A stretch of 64,000 nt of DNA from Lama glama (GCA_028534125.1 CM052817.1:36830001-36894000), one strand, 5' to 3'; positions 36,526-49,336 are shown, counted from the first letter of the stretch. The notes: generated from the sequence alone by a model not told the origin. A program made the numbers and translations.

Positions 36526-39500
36526 GGGAAAGGGAATCTATAATGATTTCTGGAGGGCTATCTTGTCTCTATCAGCCACAGTTAAGGAAGGAATAAACAA
36601 TACTCTTTTCAACATATGGACAGACTGAGAGATCATTTTGATCTCATTTTTTATTTAATAATTTCCTTTAACCCTCTTTGTGTTTTCAGATAGAAACAAA
36701 TTTTTAGTTACCAAAGAGAAACTGTCACACTATTACTTGACTATTCAATTGCTTTGTGAAAAACCTGTTTCCTGAAGGTTTACTTTGTGATGTTAAAATG
36801 CCTAATGTTTTTAACCAGATCAGCACATTCTTTAGTGAAGAACTGAGAAATGTGTTCTCAGAAATCATTTCAGAAGTTGCACAATTGACAAATATAGTCT
36901 TTTAGTTACCAGCTGGGGTTGTATTTTTGGTGTTCCTTAGGTTTCCCATAGCCTTGGACCTTCTGCAATGATCTGCAATAATAATAGTTTGTGATTCCAC
37001 AAAAAACAAATCACTGACAGTCTTTAGTTGTGGTCTTGTTGTAATTTTGTAGGATATGGCTCATTCTATTGCATCAACCGTAAAGGTTACAACAGCCATT
37101 GGACATCTGAGGCCAGCTGGTCACTTAGTGGACGTTTATTGGGATTTACTTTAGCATTTTTTGTTGAATGTGTTCAGTCTGGATTCTTAGGGATACCTCT
37201 GGCCCAGTGCATTCCAAGCAAGTTTATCCCTTTTGGAAGAATGATGTATGTATGTGTCATTTTCTTGCAGCTGATTTTTTCCTCTTATCTGAGCTTTGAT
37301 CTAGATCCTCGGTTCTGAAAATGTCGAGGGTTTTAGGGTTTTTTCTGTCTTCTTTTGGTATTTTCTAGGTAATTCATTGCTTTTTTCTATTTCCAAGTAA
37401 CTCTGTATTGCTGTCATGGTACTGCACATATAGAAAGAACTTACTGAATACAGGGTACCTGACTGAAATACTGATTTTCTTGTATGTAACCTTTGTTACT
37501 GAGGATGAATTCTTCCTGCTATGCCAAAATTTGAGCTAGACACATTAAATTCTTTCCTCCTCTTAACTTTATGCACTTCCCTAAGAATAAAATATCAATT
37601 ATTTAGATTCAAAATTTTAATGCATAAGAAATGCATTTCTTAGCAAGACTTTAAAACCCAAGATGGTTATTTATACCTTTGTATTCTCCAGGCACAGCCA
37701 TGCTCTGAGGCAAAGGATAAGATGACATGTCTCTCCTCAATTTTTAAAATCTGAAAAAATTTAAAACAATTTATAATAAAGTCAGGTGGAAAAAAGTGAT
37801 GACAAGTTAAATAATAGGCCAAGTCAGAAATAAAATAAATCAGATTAAGCAAGAAATTTAACTATTCTGGAAAACATGATCTTTTGTCACTGTCATTACC
37901 ATCGCCATCAAAAATGCTGAACTGCCTGTTTTCACCTGATGTCTGACAAAGTCTCTCTTTTGGAACAATAATCTCTATATACAAAAATGTGAGGTTTTGA
38001 CCTTTTTAGATAGAAATATCTAAAAACCTAGAAAGAGTTATTCTTTGGTAGAAATGTAAAATTAAATAACAGTTGAAATAAGCCAGATTCAGTATTCCCA
38101 ATAGGAAAAGGAAAATAGGACAATTATAGCCCATTAGAATTCAAGTTTTGTGAGCCAATTCTACAAGGTTAGAAAATCTTTTAAAATACATGAACTTCTT
38201 ATTATTCTTTAACTCTGTTGAGCTGGCATCAGGAGATGCTGCCCTCCCCTTGGTCTTGTGGCTTTATGTCCAGGGTGGGGGTCAAGGGATTTGCCTACAA
38301 TTTCTGGCTGATTCAAAACCAGAGCCAGGTCCTCCTTGTAATTATGTTTTCCTGTAATAGCTCAAGAGCGCCTGCTCCATATTCAAGTTCATACTTTATT
38401 AAGGTAAATGGGCAGAGTCTTTGCTTCTGTTTATGTTACCGTGTCAAACAGTGAGAAGCCACCACCCAGGAGAGAACAGATTTGGTGTTTGTGGTGGAAG
38501 GAGTGTTGGCCACCATGAGAGACAGAAGTTCCCTATGGATTTGGATATTTTAAATTTGGTGGTAGATTCTATTTAGGACTAAACAGGGGCTTCACAAAAG
38601 AACAGGTTATTTGAGAACAACCAAATCTAAAGAACTGCAAAGAATGGAGCAGAGTGTATCAAATGAGGCATAGGATGGCTAAGGGACCACTTTCCAGCTC
38701 TGGGGCCCACAGAGAAGTTTCAAGCATAGTACCAGTGATAGCTGGGGTAGGGGGGGTGGGGGTGGGAGGTGTGAGCAAAGATAGTGGCAGAAAAAGACGG
38801 GTCTAAGAGAAACTGAACACTTCACTGCACCTAATCATAAGAAAGGCACAGAAAATTCAGAACTTCACGAAGCTCTTCCATGACACTGGTGGGAGAAATT
38901 TGTTGCTTCATTTGTTTCCTAAAATAAAATTCATATTTCAGGAGAGTTTGGTTAATTCAATCTAGACATTTGTCCCAAAATTTGAAGAGAGATTATAATT
39001 TTCTAAAACACATTCTTGTTAAGCAATAATATTCCATACACCAAAAGACTGTAGACTTACTTGTCTTCCTAATGGCTGCAAAGGCACTCTTTGAGGTAGA
39101 AGATTGGTAGCCTCTTAATTTCAGTTTTTTCATAAGGTTCCAAATTGATATTTCTATGAGTCAGTAGTAATAGAAGCCAGTTTTTCTGTTTGTACGTCTG
39201 TGATGCTGCAAGCAATAGACTCTCCAAAGTTTTTTATCCATCCATCCAACCATCTGTTGTTTTCATCACCTACTATGTATTAGGAACAGTGCCAGATGAA
39301 TGCTGGGGATATGAAGATTCCCAATAAAAAGGTAAAACGATATCTCAATAAAATTAAAACAAGAAATTTGTCCATAATTTCTTTGTGAAGAGGATGAAGT
39401 AAGCTCACTTGTGGCACAAGATGCTTAAGGAAACCATCAAACAATGCCTTTCATAGTATTTCTTCACTTGACATTTTTTTCTTTCTCAAAGAACAGATAG

Positions 39501-40210
39501 CAAACTTATCAAAACTAAATAAAATAAACACATTTCCAGGAAACTTTTTTAAGATTCCAGTATGGGTGTTAAATGTGAATTTAGTAGAGCTGAGAGAGAT
39601 TTTTTTCATTGTCTTAGCCCTGTGAAAAATACTTCCACCAACTCCAAAATACATGAATTGGTTTCATTTCCAGAGGATTGGAAATCGATTTTTCTGCCTC
39701 TTACTATAAGTTTTCTTCTCTTATCTTACCAGCATGTTCACATTCACATTATTCTTTAGAACCATACCAAAGTTATAGGCTCTACAAGTAGAATTTCATT
39801 TTTAACAGTCACAGTAAGGAAAAAACTTATGATCACACTTAAAGCTTTCAGATCCATATATATATATATATGTATATATAGAGAGAATAATAAGTCACTG
39901 CAGCATCCACTGCATGGACAACTATGGTGCTATTTTAAATTAAACTCTGTAGACCATCTAACTCAGAAGAGTACTTTTTCTTTTTGTTTTCCCTCTGTAT
40001 TGTACCATGCTTTGGCCAATGGTTCTGTGATTGTGTCCGTATGAGGCAGGGTTGATGCAGTAAATTAAACATACTTGCTCGGTTGCACTTAGCATGGGTT
40101 CAAAGCTGTTAGGGCTTAAAGTAGTATTAGAATATAGAGCAACCTTGAGGCTTTTAACAAACTTTTTTTTAAAGTTAAGCTATAAATGCATATAGTAAAC
40201 TACATAGGTC

Positions 40211-41021
40211 TTTTTTTTTTTTTTTGCAAGGACTGTTTCTTTCTTTCTTTATTTTTACACATGCCCAGAGTCTGCACTGAGTAGTTTCATTTTGCAAAGG
40301 AGGCAAGTGTCAAGAAGGGTGAAATGTAGAAAAGAGCTAGAAGGCAAACATTAGAAGCAAATAATTTTATTTTTTTACAAATACAGTGAGGAATCATGCA
40401 ATGCTGCCAACATTGGATGCATCGTGGACCACAAGTCTGCACATCCCTTTGCAACAGGTCCTGTGATGGTGGAATCTTTCATCTTGCATTTATTGTTTAC
40501 TATGCCCCCTGCATAGTGTTTCAAAATAAAGAAACACATCATCTTTCTCTGGTATGACTTGCATTGTCAAATTACCACTGCTGGGTGTACCTTCTTTCTG
40601 AGCTCTAGTTTGCCTTTCTTTTCTTTCTTTTTTTTTTTTTAAACATATGTATCTCATTTAATCCTCTTAACAATCCTCAGAAACAGACTCTTTTAGTCCT
40701 CGTTTTACAAATTAAACAACTAATGAACAGAGATGTTAAGGAATTTGCCCAAGGCTGCACAGTTGGATCGTGGCTGATGGGAACCTAGCCCCACTCTTAA
40801 TTTTAAATTAATTAATTAATTAATTTTTATTTATTTCTATTTTTATTGTGTTATAGTCAGTTTACAGTGTTGTGTCAAGTTCTGGTGTAGAGCACAATTT
40901 TTCATTCATACATGAATATACGTATATTCATTTTCACATTCTTTTTCACCATGGGCTACCACAAGATCTTGTATATATTTTCCTGTGCTTGGTTTGGCTT
41001 TCTTGACTGTGGCCATCACCA
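40211..41021 (-). pseudogene. RPL23: 5'-truncated processed pseudogene of ribosomal protein L23, split by an insertion at 40621-40989
   Basis: 41021-40990 reads ..VMATVKK(A)KP; 40620-40394 reads [52 protein letters not shown]...ASNVGSIA*. No introns, premature TGA, frameshifts, AATAAA at 40248-40253, poly(A) at 40211-40225. Confidence 0.95.
40621..40989 (-). mobile_element. Young L1 3' end plus apparent transduced MIR-containing flank and second poly(A)
   Basis: L1 end at ~40845-40989 (same family as the 7.5 kb copy); A-rich tail ~40800-40845; MIR fragment ~40645-40795; T-tract 40621-40640; 15-bp TSD. Confidence 0.85.
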
Positions 41022-41029
41022 CTTTTCGT

Positions 41030-41425
41030 ACCCAAATCAACACATAGGGTATTTCCAGTACTCTAAATATCCCTTCATCTTCTTTTCTAGTCTATTCCTT
41101 CTGTCTTCCAGAGGCAACCACTATTCTGATTTTTATCCCATAGATTAGTTTTGCCATCTCTTGAACTTTATAGAAACAGAATTGTACAGTAAGTCTTCTT
41201 TTGTGTCTGACTTCTTTCATTGAGTATAATACTTTCTATACCCATCCATTTTGATCATGTAACAGTAGTTCATTGTTTTTCTTGATGTGTGGTATTCCAC
41301 TGTATAAATATACCATGATTTGATTATTCATACTCTTGTTGATGGACACTTGATTTGTTTCTAATTTTTTTCGGTCATGACAAAAGCTACAGTAAACATT
41401 GGTGTACCCATCTTTTTGTGGATTT
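41030..41425 (-). mobile_element. Old L1 (L1MB-like) 3' region; its terminus lies at ~40165-40210
   Basis: cccaaatcaa...ccagaggcaaccactattctgatt...catagattagttttgcc...gtattccactgtataaatatacca. Confidence 0.8.
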
Positions 41426-41979
41426 TAATTTTAACTTTATGCTATAATGAAGTCAGAGCATCGATACTTAAACTTTAATTAAGTGGCTACCTTGAGTAAA
41501 ATCAGAGTATAAAGGAGACAGACCAGGGCCAGTGAAATGCATTTAATAGGGTCTGTAACCAGGGGGAACACTGAGCACACCAAGGTCTTGACCCTTTTCT
41601 GCTCTCACATCAGCTCAGAGTGCTTCAGCTCAGCTGCGTTGGAAGCTGTCATGGGAGTAAGTAGACATCAGTTAGAGTTAGACTGTGAAAAGACATACTT
41701 CAAGACACACATATTTGGGTTAAATTCTGTCCCAGTAACTTAAGACAAATTAATTGACTACTCTGAGCCAAAGTCATTCTATAAGATAAAATAATTCCCA
41801 GTGTGACAGATATAAAAATTAAACAGGATGTGATAGTTAAAATCATACAAAATTTAATTTGTATAAAATATAATCAGAGATAGCATAATTTATGTATCAT
41901 AATGAGACAAAATATATTGAGGTTGTAATTTGAGTACTAGCTCATATCCTATAGATAGTGGGGTGATTTAAATTTTAAA

Positions 41980-42115
41980 AAATTGTGTTGGATGTTAACT
42001 AGACTTACTGTGATGATCATTTCAAAATACGTATTAATATCAAATCATAATGTTGTACATCTGAAACTAATATAATGTTGTATGCCAATTATACCTTAAT
42101 GAAAACAGAAAAAAA
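41980..42115 (+). mobile_element. L1 3' end
   Basis: gatgttaactagacttactgtgatgatcatttc...tgttgtacatctgaaactaatataatgtt. Confidence 0.8.
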
Positions 42116-42249
42116 ATTTTGTTTTAAGTAGGTAATTCTGTGGTTGAACTTACGTAGGGCAAATTGATGCAATAAATTACACATACTCTGGTGGATAAAC
42201 TCTTAACATTAGCGGCTTAATAAATAAAATCCCATTTTGTGATCCTTCC

Positions 42250-43140
42250 CTTAAATTTTGCACAATGTTCAATGTTGATGTTCTCTATTACTGAAATTGA
42301 CTGAAAAGGGACATGTGTTAATGAAATGAGATTTTACGTATTTTATGTTTGAAAATGTTTTTTCACACAGATAGACCCAGCCAAATGCTGATATAAGCCC
42401 ATTAGCATGTGATTTTAGTTGAGTATATTCATTACTTGGAAGGCATTTATAGAATTCTGTTAGATTTGTCTCTTGATATTGGCCTTTTATCCTGTCATTC
42501 CATTGCCGATTAATCACCTTCAATTGAAGTTAAATGGAAGCTTCTCAATTTCATTAGTTAAATGAATTTTTTGTGGTTGTTAAATAAATTTTGAAATGTA
42601 AGTATTTCCTTTATACTTCCATCGAGGCCCGAAAATGCTACTGGAAGTACAGTTTGAGCTTCGAAAATATATCTGCTGTAAATTTTTGTGAGAATGGAGA
42701 TTTCACTTCTTGTTTGAACATTTGACAGCCTGGGAAATGTATAAAGCATTGCAGGTGTAACCAATAATTACTGGTCCCTATCGTAGTGATCATTTCATAA
42801 TGTAGGCAAATGTCAAGTCACTGTGTAATGCACCTGAAACCAACATAACATCGTATGTTAACTGTATTTCAATTTTAAAAAATAACTGCTGTCCCTAATA
42901 ACTTACATTTTTGTTTTCTTAGGTGGCCAATGCTTACTGATAATTGGAATCTTGTATTGAATGTAGAAAAATACAATATTAATCTCAAATTAACTTTTAT
43001 ATTTCATTATTTTTATCTACAACACAATTTACTGAATGACTCTATAAAACATTTTTTCTCATTTATTGTTTATCATAATATCTCTATATTATGTTCTGTA
43101 GCCTTGCAGAATACATTACTTTTTCTCTTGTTTTCCTGAT
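42250..43140 (-). mobile_element. hAT (Charlie-type) transposase fossil, interrupted by an L1 3' end at ~42781-42880
   Basis: ORF 42269..42523 (NLTEFYKCLPSNEYTQLKSHANGLISAFGWVYLCEKTFSNIKYVKS) resembles the hAT C-terminal dimerisation domain (FGSTYLCE..FS motif); upstream frames give ..FSGLD..KEI..FQNLFN. Confidence 0.8.
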
Positions 43141-45243
43141 TCCAGGACTTTTCTTTTCAGTCTCCATTAACTCCTGGTTTTGGTTTTTCTATTAAGGATT
43201 TTGGAAATCAGATTGGACTAGAGAGCTTTAGTGTTGTCATTCAAAATATTGTGTCACTAATGTTTATTATATTATTGCTTTAAAATAATGCTGTAAGAGC
43301 AAATTGCAAATTTAGAAATTACTGGCATAACCATTCATACATCTTTCATTAGAATTAAAACTCATTTTATGTTCTCTTAGCCTCAGTTTCCCTATTTTTA
43401 ATATGAGGATCATGATACTTATTTTAAAGTTCTTATGAGCAATAAGATAGTGCATATGGAGTGTCTGCTATTGTGAGTCTTCAATATATTTCACTTCTTA
43501 GATCTTATATTACTGAAACGTAACAGTAAACATTCCTTTTAGTATTTTTGCATACATATATTCCTTTATCTTAAAATATCTCGAAATATTTGCTGTTCGT
43601 ATGTCATTTCACTTTCATCATACTCAAGGGAAATGTAACAGTATAGTTTTCTGAATGGCATGTGCGTGAATTTAAAGTATCCTTTAGATGTATGTGTGTG
43701 TGTGTATTTAATTAACATGTTGTGTATATATTTAAAACAGTCTTTCCTCTACTGTTGTATTATATCTATAAATATGTTGCCTTTTCACTAATTAAACATT
43801 TTAGTGAGAAAATTAGGGAGGAAAATGAAAAACAAAATCAGCTACCATCTCTTGAAGCATATCATTCACAGACCATAGAAAAAGAACAAAACAGTTTATG
43901 GACCACTGTAGCCTGAAACCAACCATTAGCAAACCAGTGCTTTCAAACGCAGAGGCCACGGGGAACCCACCACCATCTGCCGTTTCCAAGCACATCAAGA
44001 GCAACACCCCATGCAGCAGTGTTTTCTTTGGTGGCATCTTGTTAACTCATGAACCACAAGGTTTCATGCTTAAAATGTGGTTGAACATTTAGGCAGAAAC
44101 CTGTAAATGACTAGCTTAATGTCTTAAAACCATGTATTTAGCCAAATAAAGGTGCAGCCCCATGATGTTTCTCTTAAAACAAAGTTGATGCCCAAAACTT
44201 TGAAGAGCAAAGGGTTGGATCTCTTTGAGACATTTGTTGAATGTATGTAGAGGCTTCTTTCCTCTTATTTGATCCCCCCAATATTTTCATAGCTTGGTGA
44301 AATGGGCGTCACCTTTCATATTTGCCACGTTTGAATGTGAAGACTGCAGTGGTGGTTTTAATAACTCAGGAGTACTCACCACGTTTCCACCCTAGAGCTA
44401 TTCTAAAGAGAAACCACAATCCCAGAAATAAGCAAGGCAAACAAAACAAAAAACGCATGTGATGTCCTTTAGATTGCAGGTAGTAAGGCTACTGGTAAAA
44501 CAATGTTTGGCTCTGCAAATATGTTTCCCCCTGCCTGTAAGATGTAAATGTAATTAGATATTTCTGCTCGGCTTACTTTTGGTATCCTCTGAATGTACAT
44601 GGCTGGGCAGAGGGGCAAATGGGACGGGGAGCCCTGGAGACCTGGGAGAGCACGCCTGCTCGCCTCCTGTTCTGGCCTCAGGAGGGGTTCATTCTGTTGG
44701 CCTATTCTCACGTCTGCCTTTGAGTCTTGATGGAAGCAAGGCCAGTATGTCCTTCATTTGGGCGTCCCCCTTTCTCATGTCTTATCCTGAATATCCAAAG
44801 ACTCTAGAGCTTCTAGCTATTGTCATCTTTCTGAAGACAAGTAAAGAAGGAGTCCTTTATTCATTTGTTGACTCATTCAGCAAGTATCTAGAGGCCGTCT
44901 ACTCTGAATATGGTCAGACACTTCTAGGCTAGACATCCAAGGCCATAAAAAGAAATAAAGAAGATAAACTGGATCTTGCAGTCTGGTGAGAAAATGCTAA
45001 ATAGAAAATTTATATTACAATGAAAATGCATAAATTAGTTAAGAAAGTGATGGCCAGTGAAAACCCTATTGTCCAGCAGCGTGAACTTGGGCATAGACAG
45101 TGTGGCAGGTGCAGAAACTTAAGTGTCTGGAAAGGTGGGCCCATAGTTTGTGAAGCATTATTTGTTTTCAAAGAACAAATTCTCTCAAGCTACCTCAAAA
45201 ATAAAGGGGAGCTGTAGAGTAACACAGCAAAACTGGAATGTCA

Positions 45244-45437
45244 ATATAAAATAAACAACAAGGTCTTACTGTATAGCACAGGGAACTATATTCAATACCT
45301 TGTAAAGGCCTATAATGAAAAAGAATATGAAAAGGAATATATATATATATATTCAGTTATATATATCACTGAATTACTATGCTGTACACCAGAAATTAAC
45401 ACAACATGGTAAATCGACTTTACTTCAATTAAAAAAA
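45244..45437 (+). mobile_element. L1 3' end with perfect 15-bp TSD
   Basis: aacaacaaggtcttactgtatagcacagggaactatattcaata...tacttcaatt(A)n; TSD aaaactggaatgtca at 45229-45243 and 45438-45452. Confidence 0.92.
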
Positions 45438-46658
45438 AAAACTGGAATGTCAGAGGCAGCCTCACTATCTCTCTGACTTGGTCTACATCTTTCTTTCCAT
45501 GTGATCTCTCCTCTCTTGTCTGTTCTGCAAGATTCTTGATTTCTGTTCTTCCTTAACCTCAGGTTGGATGTACCTTTTCTGCCAAGAACTCAGCTCCAAC
45601 TCCAACATTGGAAATGTGTCTAACAGACTCAAGAGTTGTGATGACATCAATCTATAATTTTATGTTACTTTTCCAGAAGCACTCAAAACCCAGATGTAGG
45701 AGTGGAGAAGCCAGATAGTAAAATCGCATGTTGGGTTGGCAGGATGTAGGATGAATGTGGTGAAAGCAAATGGAAGCAAGGATGTTACAAGTATGGAAAG
45801 ACAGAATTGTAACGAATGAAATCAAAATTATATGAGGAAGCTCAAATAGACAAAAATATTAGGAAAAAGAGGAAAGTTCAAGGACCTGGATTGGAGTTGT
45901 TGGATCAATAAATGGTATTTAGTTTCATTTGCAGTAGATTTTCCATTATGATTAACTTACACACGTTACTTTTTCTTGCTGAAAGAGTTACTGTGGTAAG
46001 TTGATGTGTAACAAAGACTTTCAGGGAAATTATCTGTGTTTGAGACAACAAAGTAGAGTGGAAGTTAGGAAGTGTTACGATGGGTATTGTAGTGCTTGTG
46101 TGTAGGTAGATTTATTTTCAGTTACTGCAGTGGTGGGAGGGAACAACATCAAGTCGGCATGGAGGTGAGTGCCACTGAAGGAACTACTCTGAGAGGAAAC
46201 TATCCTTTTTCTTTGGCTATTGGTTTAAGAGTGGTGAACTAAGGACTGAATTTTAATTTAGTGGGTGGAAAAGAGCTTGTAAATTGAAGAGTGGACTCTG
46301 GTCTGACACAAGAAATCTGAGGACCCTCTATAGCTTCAAGATGTCAATTCAGAGCATACATTTCTACAGCTGCTGTGGAGAGTTTATTCCCTGGTGTAGT
46401 ATTCCAAATGGCTGTGACTCTTGAGTTAAGCTCAGAAAGAGCATTCAGAATATATTTGCCCGTAACATTCTTTATGCCTTTTTTAAAATTGAGGTGAAGT
46501 TTACTCTACATAAAGCTATTTGAAATTTTACAATTCAGTAGCATTTAGTGCATTCACAATATTGTGCAACCATCACCTCCATGTTGTTCTGAAACATTAC
46601 ACCCCAGAGGGAAAGTCACACAATTAAGCACTTCATGACTGTTTTATATTCACACTAT

Positions 46659-47249
46659 CATTAGAGCAGGCAAATAGCTAGATATGAGCAGAGAAAGGAG
46701 GACGCAGGCCACATGGCAGGAACCGGGCAAAAAGGAGGGGCAGGGGCCAAATGCAGGAAGCCCTACATCGTGTAAGCAACAGGGGTCCCTGGGCAGAGAA
46801 AGAAAAGCAGGAACCTCTGGGCTGATAAGTGTTACACATTTTGGGCTCTCCAGTGTCTGAATGTAACCTTTTGCTCATTATGCCTTCATTTCAATAAAAT
46901 TAGCCTTGCAGATTAGAAGTACCCATCATGCACCGACACCATGACACTTCCGATCCAGACTAAATAAGGACAAAAATCCCTCCTCCCTTTGGGAAGGTGG
47001 AGTTGGGATGAAAATCAGGGAATATGACCCCAAACCCTTCCCTCTCCAATGAATATTCCCCCCCTATTCATTTTTACACCCTATGTAACCAACTTACCAA
47101 AGAAACACAAGGCAGCTGCTCACCTGAGCCTGCCCGTTCTCCTCTTGAGAATGGACTGTCCATCCTTTAATAATTCCCCACTTTACTTAACCTCCCTGTC
47201 TCATCTCTGAATTCTTTGCAGCGAGACAAGAACTTAATCACCAACAACA
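46659..47249 (+). mobile_element. ERV1-type solo LTR
   Basis: (ca)ttagagcaggcaaatagctagatatgagcag start, ...tctgaattctt...gcgagacaagaac...caaca end; flanks ctat/ctac (4-bp TSD with one mismatch). Confidence 0.75.
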
Positions 47250-47879
47250 CTACTTCCACCTTCCTGGAGGTGCTCCCATCTCCCACCTATGTGTGGAAAT
47301 TCAAACCAGCTTATGTTGGAACTAAAAAATCAGAAAAAGGAAAAAGGCAGAAGCAAGGCTGGAGCTGGGACTAGAAGCTGGGATTGTTCCCAGGTGGACT
47401 TAATGCCATGTTCTGCCTTCAGGCAGTAGGCTCTGTCTTTTTTTTTTTTCTTTTTTTAATTTTTACTTATTATACATGGGAATAATTTCACATGAATGCA
47501 TAATGTGGTTATTTTAAGTACAGTCTCTGTCTTTTTGTTGCTGTTGTTGCGTTTTTGCAACATGTTCCCCTTCCCTCATATTCATCACCTGCTCCTCCCT
47601 CGCCCACACATCCCGTGCTCTCACATAACAACTTAGTATATATATTCCATTTCCTCACCACACTTGTAGAATCCTATATTGTCGTGTATGTACTATACAA
47701 TACATATAAGTTTTTCTTATCATTTTTCTTTTACAAACATTATTATAAAATGAGTCCCCTGTAATCACCCACCTTATGTATTTTACTCAACAATAAATAA
47801 AAACTATAATTCAGCTTTGAGCCTTCCTGGTCTTGCTGCCTTTTTCAATGGTGTATATTTAAATGCCCTTTTAACATCT

Positions 47880-48850
47880 CTCAGCTAATTGATAATTTTG
47901 AGTTTTATATTTATTCTTAGATAAGTGTGTAATTTATATTTGGCTAGTAAGCAGTTGATTTTCTATAGACTTTCAATTTTGTCACTATAGACTTAATCTT
48001 TCCTGTATCTGTGGCTATAACTGATTTCTCATTCTTAATGTGGTTTATTTTTCTCCCCCTCACTCTTTCTAAATCATGTTCACCTGAGAATGGGTTAGCT
48101 ATCTCATTGGTCTTTTGGAAAAAACTGCACATGTACTTATTGTTCCTTTCTAGTATTTCATTCTGTTTTATTATTTTCACCTTTTTACTTTTAAAATTCC
48201 ACCTGCCTAATAACTTTGCATTATTTTGTGCTTCTTTTTCTAATTTTTTAACATGAGTACTTTGCTCCTTTTTTTTTCTTTAGGTTTTTCTTCTTTAAAA
48301 AATGAAGTCAACCCCAGCTATAAATTTTCTTCCAAGTCCCACTGGTTTTCAAAATAAGGGGATTCCTCTTCATTGTTCTCTTTATGTAATTTCTAGTTTG
48401 ATTTCCTGTTTGGTCTAAGAATTTCCCAGAATCATGCTTCTTCATATTTATACAGTTAAGATTTTGGTGGGAGCTTCTTTCATTATTTATTTCTAATTTT
48501 TATTAGATTATGCTAACCGAATGTAAGCTATAAAATCCCTAAATCTTTAGGTTTTAATTTTTTTTTTGTGACTAAGCACTCAGTTAATTTTTGTAAATGT
48601 TCCACAGACAAGTACAAAATGTAAATCCCTGCTGGAAGGATGCTCAGTTTTTCCATGTTTTTGTTTAAAATTTTTGGCTATAGTAACCACCTTATTCCAG
48701 AAAAGTATATTAAATCTTTAACTATGATCATATTTTTACCACATTTTCTTTGTTTTCCAATAGTTTGATTTAATATATTTAGTTCCTAAATTGTGTGGTA
48801 TAATCATGCAATTCCTTAAATTGTGCCTTTTATCGTTAATTAATCTCCCT
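47880..48850 (-). mobile_element. Old L1 ORF2 fragment
   Basis: ORF 47944..48180 (SFFQKTNEIANPF...INHIKNEKSVIATDTGKIK) resembles L1 ORF2p WFFEKINKIDKPL...IRNEKGDITTD. Confidence 0.75.
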
Positions 48851-48974
48851 CTTTATATGAGTTAATGTATTGCGATTTTGAGGATCTACTCAGTAAATAG
48901 CATCCGTCTTCCTCACCTAAGCAGAGAAAACTTAAGAAATAAAAGTTAATGGACCGGTGCAAGGGGTGGGTAGT

Positions 48975-49120
48975 GAGGAGGGTATAGCTCAGTGATAGAT
49001 TGCGGGCTTAGCAAGCATGAGGTCCTGGGTTCAATCCCCAGTACATCCATAAAATAAATAAATAAACCTAATCACCCCCCAATAAATAAATAAATAAGGA
49101 AAAAAAGGGAAATATTTTTT
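48975..49120 (+). mobile_element. tRNA-derived SINE (Vic-1-like)
   Basis: gagggtatagctcagtgatag...gaggtcctgggttcaatcccca; TSD aaaagttaatggac at 48941-48954 and 49121-49134. Confidence 0.9.
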
Positions 49121-49142
49121 AAAAGTTAATGGACAGTATACG

Positions 49143-49336
49143 CAGGACTGCCTTCATAATTTGAGGGCTCAGCACAAAATGAAAAGATGAACCCCCTTGT
49201 TTAATAATCAGTAAGAATTTCAAGACAGGAAACAGCAGTGCATTAAACCAAGTCCAAGGACTTCTAAGCACAGGGACCCTCCAAGCACGGGGCCCTGTGT
49301 GACTGCGCAGGTGGCAAGCCCGTGAAACCCGCCTTG
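49143..49336 (-). mobile_element. MER45A-like hAT-Tip100 MITE
   Basis: caggactgccttcataatttg...aagaatttcaagac...ggggccctgtgtgactgcgcagg...cccgtgaaacccgccttg. Confidence 0.8.
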
